Shown here one piece after another: positions 1-13,109 of a stretch of DNA of 64,000 nucleotides (positions are counted from its first letter, which is position 1; every line of letters starts with the position of its first letter). Origin of the DNA: Ruditapes philippinarum. Its lineage: Eukaryota. Under the pieces are notes generated by a model, which did not search any database, was not told where the DNA came from, and saw only the letters and a list, made by a program, of their open reading frames with translations. Made by a program: the position numbers and the translations under genes. The DNA is taken from NCBI RefSeq assembly GCF_026571515.1, contig NW_026856059.1, positions 62,001 through 126,000 on the forward strand, read 5' to 3'.

Positions 1-1072
1 AATTCATATATAGTCGAAGTGAACTCATATATTATCCAAATGGTTACATAAATTGAAAAAGAACAATATCAGACAGCCATGGCTTTCCATACATAAGCCC
101 TCGGGCCAATATTTTACTAAGTGTGTCGATATGTTTCTTAAGGCAAACTTGCCCTGTAAAACCCTATTATTAATGTCAGTCATCTAAATATGTTTTTTTT
201 ATTCTTCTTCTTTTCAGAGATAAGTCTCATTGATCACAGTTTCTTGAGACATGTATTTAAAGATTTTTATCGTCAATTTTAATGGTTCTTCCCTGCGCCC
301 GACTCTGCACACATTTTAACTTTATTTCATCCATAGTGTGATTTTCACTCAAACGGGAAATTAAATCGTATTTGCCCGTAGAAAAAGAACAGTAATGACA
401 CAAAACATGCATTGTTGCATCTGAAATATTTGAATAAATATCATATAAACAGTTTATTATCAGCAAAATAAAATGGAATCGATAAACAGACGTAAAAATT
501 AGACAAAAATATCGATTTTCCATACTAATGTGCTCATTCTGTTTTGCAATACACTGTACACTAAAGTTGGGCTATCTTGCAATACTCTGTACACTTAAAA
601 TCAATACTCGGTACACTTTCTTGTATCTTTTTTGGTCTGTATCTTTTTGTACTTTCACACTTTTTGCCTGAAATTTGGACAAAGCATTCTTGGATTGTGA
701 ATAAAAAAATTGCTCGATTCAATTTTTTTATATATTGGTAATATAATTATTTCTAACGATTCTACAGTATCACGGTCAGTATTTTCTAGTGAGCAGCGGA
801 TCGTTTAGGGGTAGTTTAATCATTTTTTCAAATACCTGTAATACTTTTATGTCTTTTAGAGCTACAAAAATACCTCTACATATATAAAACCCGTTGAGAT
901 AAATGAAATAGCCATTAGTTTGGAAAATATCGTCGCTGAACTTACCTTTGTTCCCCGTTTAAAGTCGCGAAATGGGATGAAAGTCCTCATAATATCGAGC
1001 AATATCCGGGGTACGGTATACCGCAGTGTATTTACAAGCTTAACTGACATAGTATTCCTTCTGCTTGATAAG

Positions 1073-2668
1073 CTATTTAGAGCAGACGACGCATGTTAGT
1101 TCACGTCCATGTACATATGGTGGACATCGCAAGGATCCACAACGTGCTTCTACGAAGTAAAAAAGCTTTCCATTTACATCGGCATGTCCACCGTCAATTA
1201 TCTCTGGTTTGGCATCAAGACACACAAATTCAGATGGATGGTGACTGTCATGTCCGCTCGATAGATACCCTTCATATTCTAATGTCCATCCATCATAGCA
1301 TTTGTTACGGCCAGGTATAAACAAAACACTTGCTCGCTTTGTCCGGCATACACAGCACGGTACATCTTGTTGGTGCAATGTTACCTCAAAGAAATTGTTC
1401 ATATTTCTACCATACAATTCATATTCTGCTCCCCAGACAGTGCCGGAAACCTGCTCTCCATCTTCATAAGCATTCCACAATGGTTCTTCTGGTAAACATA
1501 AAAAGTTAGCTGTTGCTCCTATATTATGTTGTGAACCACCAGCGTACCCTTTGTAAACCAGCTCTGTTCCATTTTGTGGGCATTGTGTTCGTCCCCAACG
1601 AATGTATGTATTTCCAGTTCCAGAAAGTGAATGAACTTTTCCTATCTTAATAACGTTCTCTTCAATCGTTTCCAATTTTGGTCTGACTTGATTGCTTTCT
1701 TCTGTAAAATATTCAGTTATCTATTATATTTTAGTGTTTATATGCGAGAAGCAAGCATTATTTTGCTGTAGGAAAAATGTTCATATCTGGAATTTTAACA
1801 CAACAGCGACATATTTATAAGCGGAATTCGTGGATATAATATAAATGAGCCGCGTCACGACAAAACCAACATAGTGCGTTTGCGACCAGCATGGATCCAG
1901 ACCAGCCTGCGCATCCGCGCAGTCTGACTAGGATCCATGCTGGTCGCTTACCAACCCTATTGCAAGTAGAGAAGCTGATAGCGAACAGCATGGATCCTGA
2001 TCAGACTGCGCGGATGCGCAGGCTGGTGTGGATCCAGCTGGTCGCAAACGCACTATGTTGGTTTTGTCATGACGCGGTTCAAATGTTGAATTGACTTATG
2101 TCCTTACAAATATACTATGTGTAACGGAAAAAACGCTCAACATTTTGTTTTTGCATTTTACATTTACATTTTATTTTACACTATAACACTAGTAAAAGCT
2201 GTTTTTAAAGACGAACGTCTGTGCTTGCAGTGTATTTTTGAATTATTGCATACCACAAACTATAATGCCACTATTTGTATGCTTTAAACATGTTAGACTT
2301 ATTTGGAAAAAAAACATATGTAAAAAGCTAAAATAATTAATTTCAAAACCCGAAAATTTGAGAATAAAGTACGTGTATACGATGAGACGCTTAATGCACT
2401 TGTATGAACATTTTTGATTGCATAGATCATTTAATTACATACCTTTTAGTTTTGCAATCACTGTTTTCATATCCTCCATAATGATTTTAGCATTTTTCTG
2501 TTCAATTTCCAACATAATCATTTTCTGTAACATTTTATGGTCATAATCAAATCTTGAAGTACAAACTGGTTCTTCCTGGCTTGCCAAAATGATTCTCAAA
2601 AACAACGTAAGTCCAAATGCCACACATACCACGATTTGTGCTCTTGTCATATGTTTAGCCCCTGACAT
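1073..2668 (-). CDS. Secreted short-chain-collagen-C4/spongin-like domain protein, copy 1 (exons 2668-2443, 1701-1073; 284 aa)
   Basis: Exon 1 encodes a hydrophobic signal peptide plus EEPVCTSRFDYDHKMLQKM and ends AAAG|GTATGT. Acceptor TTTTACAG| at 1702 joins in phase 1 and in frame. Exon 2 has YIRWGRTQCP..LVYKGYAGG..LCLP..GAEYE..VPCCVC..IPGRNKCYDGWTLEYEGYL..FVCLD..LFYFVEARCGSLRCPPY..ELTCVVCSK, which I recognise as the spongin/short-chain collagen C-terminal domain pattern. Confidence 0.9.
1843..2084. mobile_element. Palindromic MITE (~240 bp) in the intron of copy 1
   Basis: Arms of ~100 bp are inverted copies (atgagccgcgtcacgacaaaaccaacatagtgcgtttgcgaccagc... / ...gctggtcgcaaacgcactatgttggttttgtcatgacgcggttca). 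It is GC-rich against an AT-rich intron. Confidence 0.85.
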
Positions 2669-5099
2669 TGTTAGTCCAACAACAGCAAAGGAAAATATAT
2701 CCTCTTTTTCCTTCTTCTTCTCTCATACGTAAATGAATCTGTTGCTTTGCGGCGTCTGTTTGTCTCTATGATAAGCACTAAGCAAAATGAATAGCAAAAT
2801 AATGAGCTAATGATTGTTGTTCAAATGTCGTAACAGATTGTTGGAAGGGAGGATAGGATACATATATCAAAACCAACACAACAGATTGTTATAATTCTGG
2901 GACAGTGTTTCGGTTTAAAGGTAAACAAGCAGTGATCAGGATTATCAAAATCTTCAAAGCATTACATAAAAGTTATGCTAATTATTAAGTAGGATATTAA
3001 TTATTTACAATTATTATGTCCAAAAACGAAAAGATGAATAAAGCAATCGACAGCTCAAAGTGTATACATGCGTTACGGTAGATGTGTTTCCAAACGGTTT
3101 TTAGAAAATTAACTCATTCATCTCAAGTATGTCAAGTTTTTTTCTGTTCTGACTCTAGCAAATACCAGAAATTGTGGATTCTTTTCAGTACATTAAATAA
3201 TGACATATTCAATATAAAAATTATTCGTAATTTAAACTAATGTTCCTATTCTGTTTTTATTTTTCAGAGGAGTCATATTCACTGGTTTCATATACACAAT
3301 ATGCATTTATTACGCATAAGGCATGCTTACGAGAAAACTAATTCCTTTTGTTTTCTTTTCATATTTTCTTTTCATATAATATTTATAAATATAAAAGGAA
3401 AATATTAATATACACATAGGAATAAAACAAACTTAATGCAATCAGCAAGAGAACTGCTAAGCAATGAGAATCTCAGTCTGATGTAATGTTTTATTATATG
3501 CAATTCAATTGTATTTCTGTATCAAAATGTGTTCTGTAAAGGCTCATTTACACAGTTCAACATTCCCATATGAACGTATTCGAAATAGAGGCAGATAAAC
3601 AAGACTGCGATTACATGTATTTATCCATTGTATTTTCATACCTGTAGAAAGATGCTTGTTTTTATTTTTCAAAAATTGACTTGCCGCTTACTTTTTCATT
3701 AAAATTACAATTAATAAGAAAAGCATAGAAAAAGCTTTGAGGAACATACAGTAAAAAGTCTTATGATTTTCTGGTAACATCCAGATAAACAATCATCTTT
3801 GAAAAGGTAAACAAATAAAATAAGATGGTGTTGAGAGTAACTTTACAGATGTTCACTTGATACGGCTTTGGCTATCAGTTAAAATGTTTTCAAACAATAT
3901 TCACTTGCAGACTTTTATTTCCATCTTAGGTTTACATCAAGTAAACAACATAAGCATCTTTTTTTAATAATAACAGTGAATAATGGCGGCATATTACGAT
4001 ATCAAGTGCTAGGTAAATAGAAAAAGACGAACATATCCAAATAAAACATGTAAAATCACAAATAAATATGTATAGCAAATAAACATTTTACAAGTAAACA
4101 AGCAATCAGTGTTACATGTTTTAGATACAATTTCGATAAAGAAACTCAGTGTAGTCAGTAAAATTTTATTTTCACTGATTAACAATTTATTAAATTTGAA
4201 AAAGAAAATGGAATTAACACCGTCTTAAATACTTTTTTCTTTCACCAGAAAACTTTTTACATGTGAATAAATGATGAAATATATTTGTCACCTATTTCAT
4301 CATTTTCTTAAACGTGTCTTGACCTGTTAGTGTTTTCAGCCAGAAAAATTGTGTACATAATTACCATTTAAATTGGATGATCCGGACAAGAACAAACAAT
4401 TATTTATAAAAATGTCCGTCATTAACATTATTAATCATGCGGAAAGTATTGTCATAGTTTGAAACCATCTATACCTTCTTAAATTACCTTCATATTATGC
4501 CCAAGGAAATTTAACCTACTCTTCCTTGGATAAACCAATTGAAAGAAGTCGCACAGAAACAATGACGTTGGAGTACGTTAGAGATCTGACTGATGTAGAT
4601 ACTTACTACATGTATGTCTTTTATAAAGAAAGAAGGAGGCCAACAAATGATCAAAGTGCTGAAAGCACTGCAAGCGACGACATATCTAGCGGTTACATGC
4701 TATATGCACACTAACAAAATTTTGTAATGGTGCCATAGAAATGCCGCAAGAAAGTATTTCAGAATTTTATTGCAATTATACTTTTATATCAATCATTTGC
4801 TAATTTATCATACACCCAGGGTAAAAAGAAATATCACTAGGGTTTTCAAAAAACAAGGTCAATGCAGCTGGACCGTGTAAGATTTATTCATTTTCAACAT
4901 TCGTAAATAGGGTAGGGTTAACTACTCAATTGTCATTGCATATGCGTGAACGACATTTTAACAGACTTGAAATATAATTATAAGTATAATAAATATCAAA
5001 TAGAGAAGAATAGAATCACTAAGGACCGTGAAAAAACGGCAAAATTGACAATTTTGCAAGCTCGATTTGATATGGCTACAAACACAACACTGATAATAG

Positions 5100-6360
5100 A
5101 CCAGTCTGCCGTTTTATCTTAGACGCCTTAAACTGCCTTTGGGCTAACATTTAGACATACGAATGCAGAAGCACGGTGTGTATTTTGTCCGTCCGATAGG
5201 TACCTTTCATATTCCAATATCCATCCATCATGGCATTTGTTTCGATCAGACATTAATAGAACGCTTGCTTGCTTGATCCGGTGTACACAGCAGTAGACTT
5301 CATATTCCATTTTTTTTAAAACAGTATCCACATTTCTATCATACAATTTAAGTTCGGCTTCTTAGACGGTGCTTAATGCATTCTCAGCGTCTGTTTATAT
5401 ATTCGACGGGTGTTCTGTTAGTAAAATTAGCGGGATCAGCGAATTCTTTATAATCTAATTATATTCCATTATCTGGATAATATGTCCCAACGCACATACG
5501 TATATCCCGTCACAGCAAGTAAATTGTTCTTTCAATTTTCTTATCATTTCTTCAATGACTATCTGTCTTGGTCGCTTTTGTCTGAAAAACTATTATTATC
5601 CTAATTCTAGAATACTATAAATCTAGCTCCCATACTGCTTTGTAGTATTGCTAAATTTATGTATTAAATGTGTAATGAAGGTATGCATTTTATAAAAAAA
5701 TGAAAATTGCTAATTGTCTTAATTATCAACTTATACAATACTTTGTCCGATGAAAGACAAAAGACCCAGAAATATGATATTCGAAGAAGTAGAAAAAAAG
5801 AGAATAAAATTACTTTTTAAGTAACCAATCCATTATATAATTAATAGATCCCTGCTTTGACCTTTTATTTAAATAACAATAGATTTAACCACAAACATTG
5901 ACTTGTGCTCGTTTGGAAATAAATATGTTGTGGTGAAATTCTTATTGCATCAACTAATCTGATACTTAGAATTAGACAGGTCAGGGATCTATGCAGTATA
6001 AGAAATATGATCCCTCATAATTCTGTTATTTTGTAATGATTTAAAATATACTCGTTCACTATCAACCAAAATCTAGAGAGATTTAATGTATATGCATCAT
6101 CAAATGATGTCATAATTCAAATTAAAAAAATCATTACACATTATAAACTACATGTATATTGATTATGCATGAACATTACCTTTCTAATAAGAAGGTACCG
6201 CTTTCGTTTCCTCCAACACGGCTTTTTAGTTTTTCTCTGTTCAATTTCTAACATAGTTGTTTTCTGTTACATTTTCAAGTCATAGTAAACTCTGGAAGTA
6301 CAGTCGGACTATTTTTGGGTTGCCACTTGCAAAGCTCCAAAACAACGAAAGTCCAATAAA
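5100..6360 (-). pseudogene. Degraded paralogue (copy 2) of the C4-like gene family
   Basis: The exon 1 remnant (~6180-6360) reads CTSRVYYDLKM*QKTTMLEIEQRKT with stops and a frameshift, and keeps the AAAG|GTAATG donor. The exon 2 remnant (~5100-5581) keeps a TTTTTCAG acceptor and the fragments TYVRW, YCCVHR, DRNKCHDGWILEYERYLS and FVCLN, with deletions. Confidence 0.85.
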
Positions 6361-7069
6361 TGAATAAAAAATTTCCCAAAATTTCATAGGGGCAATAAAA
6401 GAAAGGGCCTTTTAAAAAATTTTTAAAAATTACTTTTTTTGGGCAAAAATACGGAAATTAAATTTTAAGGGGGATTCAAAAATTTGGGTATATATTTCAT
6501 TTTATCAAAAATGTTTAGTTTACTGCAATATCTCTTAACTCAAACCGACTTTTATTTGAATTTTTAATTACCTTTTCTTCATTTTGTTGTTGTTGGTTTG
6601 AATGGACAGGCTACTGTAAATGGACGACAAGGGTTGCTTATCCCCCGAGTATGAGCTATGCCGTAACAATTGGCTTAGTGACGTAAAACCAAATGTCATA
6701 AGCCTTGGATTAAATATATCAACGATAACGCCGCCGAAGGCATGCGATTTAAAAAGTAATGGCATCTACTCAGAGAAATGTTCCAATGAATTCCAAACTG
6801 ATTCAAAATTAAGAATTTGTGGACTATTTAAATCAAGCAATGTATAATAAAACCACATAAATCTGAGAGCGAATATATTTTGGAACATACTTCTCCCACA
6901 CGACTTTATCAAGACGATTACAAATTAAAACATTTCATATATAAATTTCCTAGAAAATGTGCAAACACTTGTTGTAAGTGCTTATCTCCACATACTTCCT
7001 GTCATAAATATCAGAATACGTAAATTTCTACTGAAATAATGCACTCCCTTTTAATTTAAATCGTGAAGA

Positions 7070-7190
7070 TGAAATCGTGATTTCCGGAAGTTGAAATCGT
7101 GAATTCCGTATATTGAAAACTTGAAATCAAGAAGTTAAAATTGTGATTCACAAACTTCAAGATGAAATTGGGAATTTATGAAGTTGAAAT
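7070..7190. repeat. Degenerate ~21-bp tandem repeat (gttgaaatcgtgaattcc-like); duplicated at ~19105-19240
   Basis: gaaatcgtga/gaaattgtga/gttgaaa motifs recur at about 20-bp spacing. Confidence 0.55.
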
Positions 7191-8042
7191 GTTCATAGCA
7201 GTCTATCGTGAAAGTGGCATGCCAGTACCATGCCCGTCATTTACTGGTCCAAATAAAAAAAGGATTGTAAATGGATATTTTATGTGATAAAAGCTGGTTT
7301 CAGGGTTACAGTCTCAAACATGTGTGGGTAGAATTTTAGTTTTTCTATTATGTTTTTAAAGAAAACAGCCATATCGCATTATAACTGCAATAACAAAAAA
7401 AATCTTTTAATGTAACTAAAAACATTACGGTGGACAGGGCTTCTATATGTATGGTCGGTATGTCCAAACCACAGGATATTTCAGGCCCTAAAGATTAATA
7501 TAATTAAGTTGTGTTCATAATTATTAAAAGTCTTACTAATTTTAATCGAGGAATGAGAAGTTATCTTTTGTTAACCACAAATGCCGATGGTCATATTTTT
7601 AAATGGCGTATCTGAAAATTATAGACAAAGAAGTTTGTATTTTTACATAACGTCATTGAAGCCTCTACTAACGAGGGGTCGTTTAAGGCAGGTTAAAGTG
7701 ACATAATGCTCATATTTTCATGGTCAATTTGAGCTGAATTGACTTTATGTTTGAAAAGAATGACTGTCAAAATGGTGTTTGACCAACAGTTGATATTGGA
7801 AAATGTTTAGGATAAAATTATAAATCTGTCTAAAATTTAAACAGACTGCCCAACTCTTTTTATAAACTATTCGTTTTAGGTAGATCCTAAAGGATAACTA
7901 CAGAAATTTCGTTTGGATCTGTGAGTTATTTATTGTTTATGCGAATTTAATTATTTAATTAAAAGGAATTATGGCAAAATGAAACTTATTTTGACTTTCA
8001 CCCGTTCAATCACTATATACCCTTGGATGGGCATAATGTCAA

Positions 8043-8061
8043 ATTATTATTATTATTATTA

Positions 8062-8113
<52 letters not shown>
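8043..8113. repeat. (TAT)n microsatellite
   Basis: Seen directly; a shorter copy is at 20468-20529 in unit B. Confidence 0.95.
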
Positions 8114-8114
<1 letters not shown>

Positions 8115-9872
8115 TCTACAAGCATTGCATACATTTGTTTCAGTACCGTATAGTCATGGACTATTTATTTCAATACTTATTCCTTCTAGTTATTAAAAAT
8201 AATTATATATAACTTTTTTACTATCACCACATTTCATTAATTACATAAGAAATTTATGTGGAAAAAAACAACAACAACAAAAAAAACATCATCAACAAAA
8301 GAAAAACACCTTGAATTGAACTGATACAGTACTGCGTTTAAAGAGCATACCGAAAACTAATTTTGTTTCTTTTAAAGGGCGACAACTGATGTATTCTTTG
8401 TTGTAATTGTATAGGCAGATTTGCTGTTCTTTTTATTCAACTTGGTTCACACAAAAAAATTTCAATTTACATTGTTACTTTTGTTACACGCAGATATCGT
8501 TCACATTTGATTTTGTTCGGGGAAATGTAGAAAATATTCAACAAAATCGATGTTTAAGTATATAAGTAAATTTTGCTACCCATATGTATCTTTTTACTTC
8601 GCTATTTGATGTCATAATTGTACATAAATACCAACTTCGAGATAGTTTTCTTGCAATAATGAATACTTTATTGATAGTATGTTTGTTGTAAAACGTGGTA
8701 TTGCTTTCCATATTGCATGATGATGATGATTAAAATGATGATTATGATGATGATTTTATTTATAAAGAAACATATCCAATTAAGGCATTCACAGAAAATC
8801 ATGAGTCGCGGGCATCATCAACAGAGTGAAGATTACAAATAATGGGGCATAAAAAATCAGTGACTTTGTACTTGCAGACATTTTCATGATATGATTTATT
8901 TTTCTCTATAGCTATTTATATTTGTATACAATTTATAGTAGCATAATAAACATATCTTATTTGACATAAAGGTGTCACTAAAAGTTTAAACGCAATATGC
9001 TATGATTTGATAAATGTTTATTTTGCAATAGAATTGTTTATAGTCAAACACAGTCAGCAGTCAAGCTGAAAATGTTCAAGATTAGATATGAAAAGTCAAA
9101 TTTGCTAAAACACGACCTATTTCTAATATAAACTGAGATTATACTAACGTATATTTTGCCGAACGAAGGAAAAGATTGGTTTGATTGGCTCCTTGTATTA
9201 CATTGACGCACAATTAGCCAAAGGTCAAGCAGTATGTAACAGTATAAGTTCTCACATATATGTTATATGATTCTGTAAGTTTTATAAGTCTTGAGATTGA
9301 GACTGACGGCGGACATTAACTTGAAAATATAATCATATAATAAACCAATTTATATTTTGTAATTCATTGAATGTATATTAAGTTTCTATGGCAACGCGTT
9401 TGAATACATTGATAATATGTCAGGATCATTAAAAGTTAAGCATCTTCAACCATGTACTATTTTCTTAGAAGTATTACAAATAAAGTAATTTAAACTGTTC
9501 TTATTCACCTTTATGAAATAAAAATATCGCATAATGCAAATTATGTGTGTAACTTTATCAAAAATGTCAAGCATATGAGCAAGCCATTTGATGTTTTGCC
9601 GTTACTCCAGATTGTAACATGTAATGAGTGTTCTATTGCGGTTTGCAGTATACAACAACTCAATTGTTAAAATGCGCAATTATATAAAAAAAAACTTGAC
9701 AATGGGCTCTTTTCTAAAAGGCAGTAAATGAGGACACCGTACCTTTTTCTTAAAAGCATGTTCTTGTTTGAATTTTAAAAAGAACGATTAGATTTTCAGA
9801 ACCGGTAAGTGATAAGTTTTCTCTAAATAAAACATGCATCTACCTATTAAATGATTGCTACGTTATTATATT

Positions 9873-11365
9873 TTATTTAGAGCAGACAGCACATGTCAGC
9901 TCACGTCCATTAACATATGGTGGACATCGTAATGATCCACAACGTGCTTCAGCAAAATAGAACAGTTTTCCATTTTTATCCGCGTGTCCGCCTTCCACTA
10001 CCTCCGGTTCCGTGTCAAGACAAACGAATTCAGCAGCATGATGTGTATCATGTCCGCCCGACAGGTAGCCTTCATATTCCAATGTCCATCCATCATAGCA
10101 TTTATTCCGGCCTGGAATCATTAGAATGCTTGCCCTGTTCGTGCGACATACACAACACGGAACGTCATGTTCTGCCACTCCTTTTTCAAAGAAATTATTC
10201 ATATTTCTACCATACAATTCATATTCTGCTCCCCAGACAGTGCCTCCAGTCTGCTCAGCGTCTTCATATACATTCCACAACGGTTCTTCCGGTAGACATA
10301 AATAGTTGGCGGAAGCTCCTTTATTACTATAGTGGGAACCACCAGCGTAACCTTTGTAAACCAACTCTGTTCCATTTTCTGGGCACTGTGTTCTTCCCCA
10401 TCTCACATACGCATTTCCCGTTCCAGCTAGTGAATTCATACTTTCAATTGTTCTAACTTTTTCCTCAATTGTTTTCAACATGGACTTGTCCTGATTGCTC
10501 TCGTCTGTAATATAGTATGCAGTTCTTAATTTAGTGTTCTATAATAATGCTTTAAATATGTGGTTCTGGAGATTGTTAAGAAAGGATACACTGAATCTGT
10601 AATGAATGCTAGCCGTTTAAAAAGAGAAAAAGGATGACTTATTCCCATAATTATACTAATACACAATCTTATGAAAGAAAGCATTGCACTAGTTATATGA
10701 TGATTTAGGAAATAAGGATAAATGATTTATAACTAGTCCATTTTGTTTAGACAATAAATATCAAATAAGAATAGTAAAAGTGATGTAAATGTTCTTTAAG
10801 CTTAAGCGTGTGTGCTGGAAAACAAAACCCGCCAGCGTAAATTGCTCAGGAGTAATGAAAACATAACCTAATGACTCAGTGTGATTCAGTATGCGCTTTA
10901 AAAATGACGTAAAATACATGTTCGATATCATCGACTTTAGCGGAATCCTCAATCTTTAAAATATTACATTCAATGATCCCAAAAGATTTTAAAGATATAA
11001 AAATACAATGTCATAACACTGCTCACAAAATATAATTTGTAAACAAAGTAGATAAAAAATTAGAGTCAAAATAATTCAATAACAATAAGAGTAAATATCA
11101 AATGTCAGTTTATGTCAGATCATATATACCTATCTTATATAATTGTTAACACATTACCTTTCTGTTTAGAAAGCGCCGCTTTAATTTCCTCCAACATGGT
11201 TTTAGTATTTCTTTGTTCAATTTCTAACATTATCATTTTCTGTAACATTTTGTGGTCATAGTCAAATCGTGAAGTACATACTGGTTCTTCTTGGTTTGCA
11301 AAAATTATTCCCACAAACAACACAAGAATAAATACAATACGTAAAAACAAATTTACAAAAATCAT
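9873..11365 (-). CDS. Secreted C4/spongin-like domain protein, copy 3 (exons 11365-11158, 10504-9873; 279 aa)
   Basis: ATG at 11365 gives signal peptide MIFVNLFLRIVFILVLFVGIIFA. Donor AAAG|GTAATG and acceptor TTACAG| give an in-frame phase-1 join, and the Cys-rich domain is intact to ...ELTCAVCSK*. Confidence 0.92.
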
Positions 11366-11654
11366 TTTGCATGTAATTTTGCTTCCAGTTTCCAACGTTT
11401 ACTCTCTACACGTAAAAGAAAAAAGGACCACTGGAACAGATTTACTGTAAAAGTAAACTCCTTGATATTTGCGAATCCATTTTTTCATTTCATGCGTCAC
11501 ATTAATTAGATGCATATGCTTCAATGTGATGAATCTTTTACTTTGTACTTTCTTGTACTTTGTTAAAAAGCACTTATATTATTGATGTCCATACACGTTC
11601 GATTTACGTTGGCACCAATGCCTACACTCAATGAGAAATATTTGACATTGAATA

Positions 11655-13109
11655 GCATTGTCGGACCAAAATTGTCACGGAACGTATGTGTCACACGTGT
11701 GACATATTCGGTCGAATATAATAAGCGTTTTACGAAATCTCGTATTTCATTAATGCAATTTATAAGAAGGGAGACAACCCTGGTATGTCATTAAGTTTTC
11801 ATATTTTATACTATTCATCTCCCTTTACAAGTCAGGTGTCTTCTATAAAATTTTGCTTTGTGTTCATTTCCGTTTAAAAAAAATGAATGCATGTTTTACA
11901 TTGTTTGTGAATATCTTATTTATGTTCACGTCATACTGAAAGTTTTGTAATGCTTATATTTAAGCAGTTATTTGTGAATTTCTCTTCCGCCATCCGATGC
12001 ACATGGTTTTCTAGGAACTAAATGGCTGCAATATTGCAATATTCTGACGATATAGTTATACAATTTTCTTTTGTTTCGAATGACTTATTTTGTATGTATA
12101 ATTGCTTCTTCATCAAATCAATCTAAAGGTATAGTTACTCTAAATGTAAACAATATCATAATTTAACAGCTGCCTGCATTAACAGTCATGTTACAGTCAT
12201 GTGACCAAAATGTCATAGGCGATCTTACCTCAAGTACTGTTTTGGCTACATGCGACACAAGTATAAATTGCAAATTTGTTTTAAGTGAAGGACACTAACT
12301 CTGGCATTGCTGCGGGAATCAACAGGTGAACAACTCGCACGGACAAGTAAGAAGGTTTAAATTCCCTCTCCCTATCAGAGTTTGGGGCATAAAAATTGGA
12401 TATTTTATCTTCGAGTCAATAAATATTTAATTGTCCAAATTAAATTTAACTAAGCTAATCACTGTGTATCGACACAGTGTCATCTTACTCGGAAAGGGCT
12501 TAATCTAATATTGTTAAGAACTTGTTGCCCAACCTATTTTGCATTTTTGATATATATACTCATTATTTGTAAATAATTGTTTGTTAACATGAGTATTTAA
12601 TGCAACAACATATGTTTAATAAATTAAAAAAAAAATCTTACTGGTAAAATGAATAAGCAGGGCGGCGTCGAACAAATTTATAAAAAATATATTGCTGTTT
12701 TGGCGATGNNNNNNNNNNNNNNNNNNNNNNNNNNNNNNNNNNNNNNNNNNNNNNNNNNNNNNNNNNNNNNNNNNNNNNNNNNNNNNNNNNNNNNNNNNNN
12801 NNNNNNNNNNNNNNNNNNNNNNNNNNNNNNNNNNNNNNNNNNNNNNNNNNNNNNNNNNNNNNNNNNNNNNNNNNNNNNNNNNNNNNNNNNNNNNNNNNNN
12901 NNNNNNNNNNNNNNNNNNNNNNNTGTAGGCAGGTTAAAACGACGATAATAATATTAGTTTACTGTGTAAAATGTGTGACATATACGGACAGGCATTTACT
13001 TCCAAATTGCAGAAACGTGTATGGCTTATATAGATAGCTGTGATTAATTCGGCCGAATATGTCCCACAAGTGTGATATACGCTCCGTGACATATACGGTC
13101 CGACATAGC
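11655..13109. mobile_element. Non-autonomous TIR element (~1.45 kb) upstream of copy 3, spanning the N gap
   Basis: The left end gcattgtcggaccaaaattgtcacggaacgtatgtgtcacacgtgtgacatattcggtcgaat matches the reverse complement of the right end attcggccgaatatgtcccacaagtgtgatatacgctccgtgacatatacggtccgacatagc (~60-bp imperfect TIR). Confidence 0.65.
12709..12923. other. N gap (215 nt); equivalent gaps at 25110-25304 and 31825-31970
   Basis: The N runs lie at the homologous position in all three units, next to (GAT)n/(GTT)n simple repeats. Confidence 0.95.

Noticed and set aside
1891-2094. 67-aa ORF MDPDQPAHPRSL...
   Set aside because: Lies within a palindromic MITE, a common source of false gene calls.
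7979-8212. Poly-Tyr ORFs (also 20404-20628)
   Set aside because: Translation of a (TAT)n microsatellite.
9917-10456. Long antisense ORFs over exon 2 (also 1093-1320, 22361-22618, 29070-29663, 44786-45109)
   Set aside because: Shadows of the real CDS; their starts and stops vary among paralogues.
12649-12948. ORFs running through N gaps (also 25076-25412, 31791-32239)
   Set aside because: Open only because of Ns and simple repeats.
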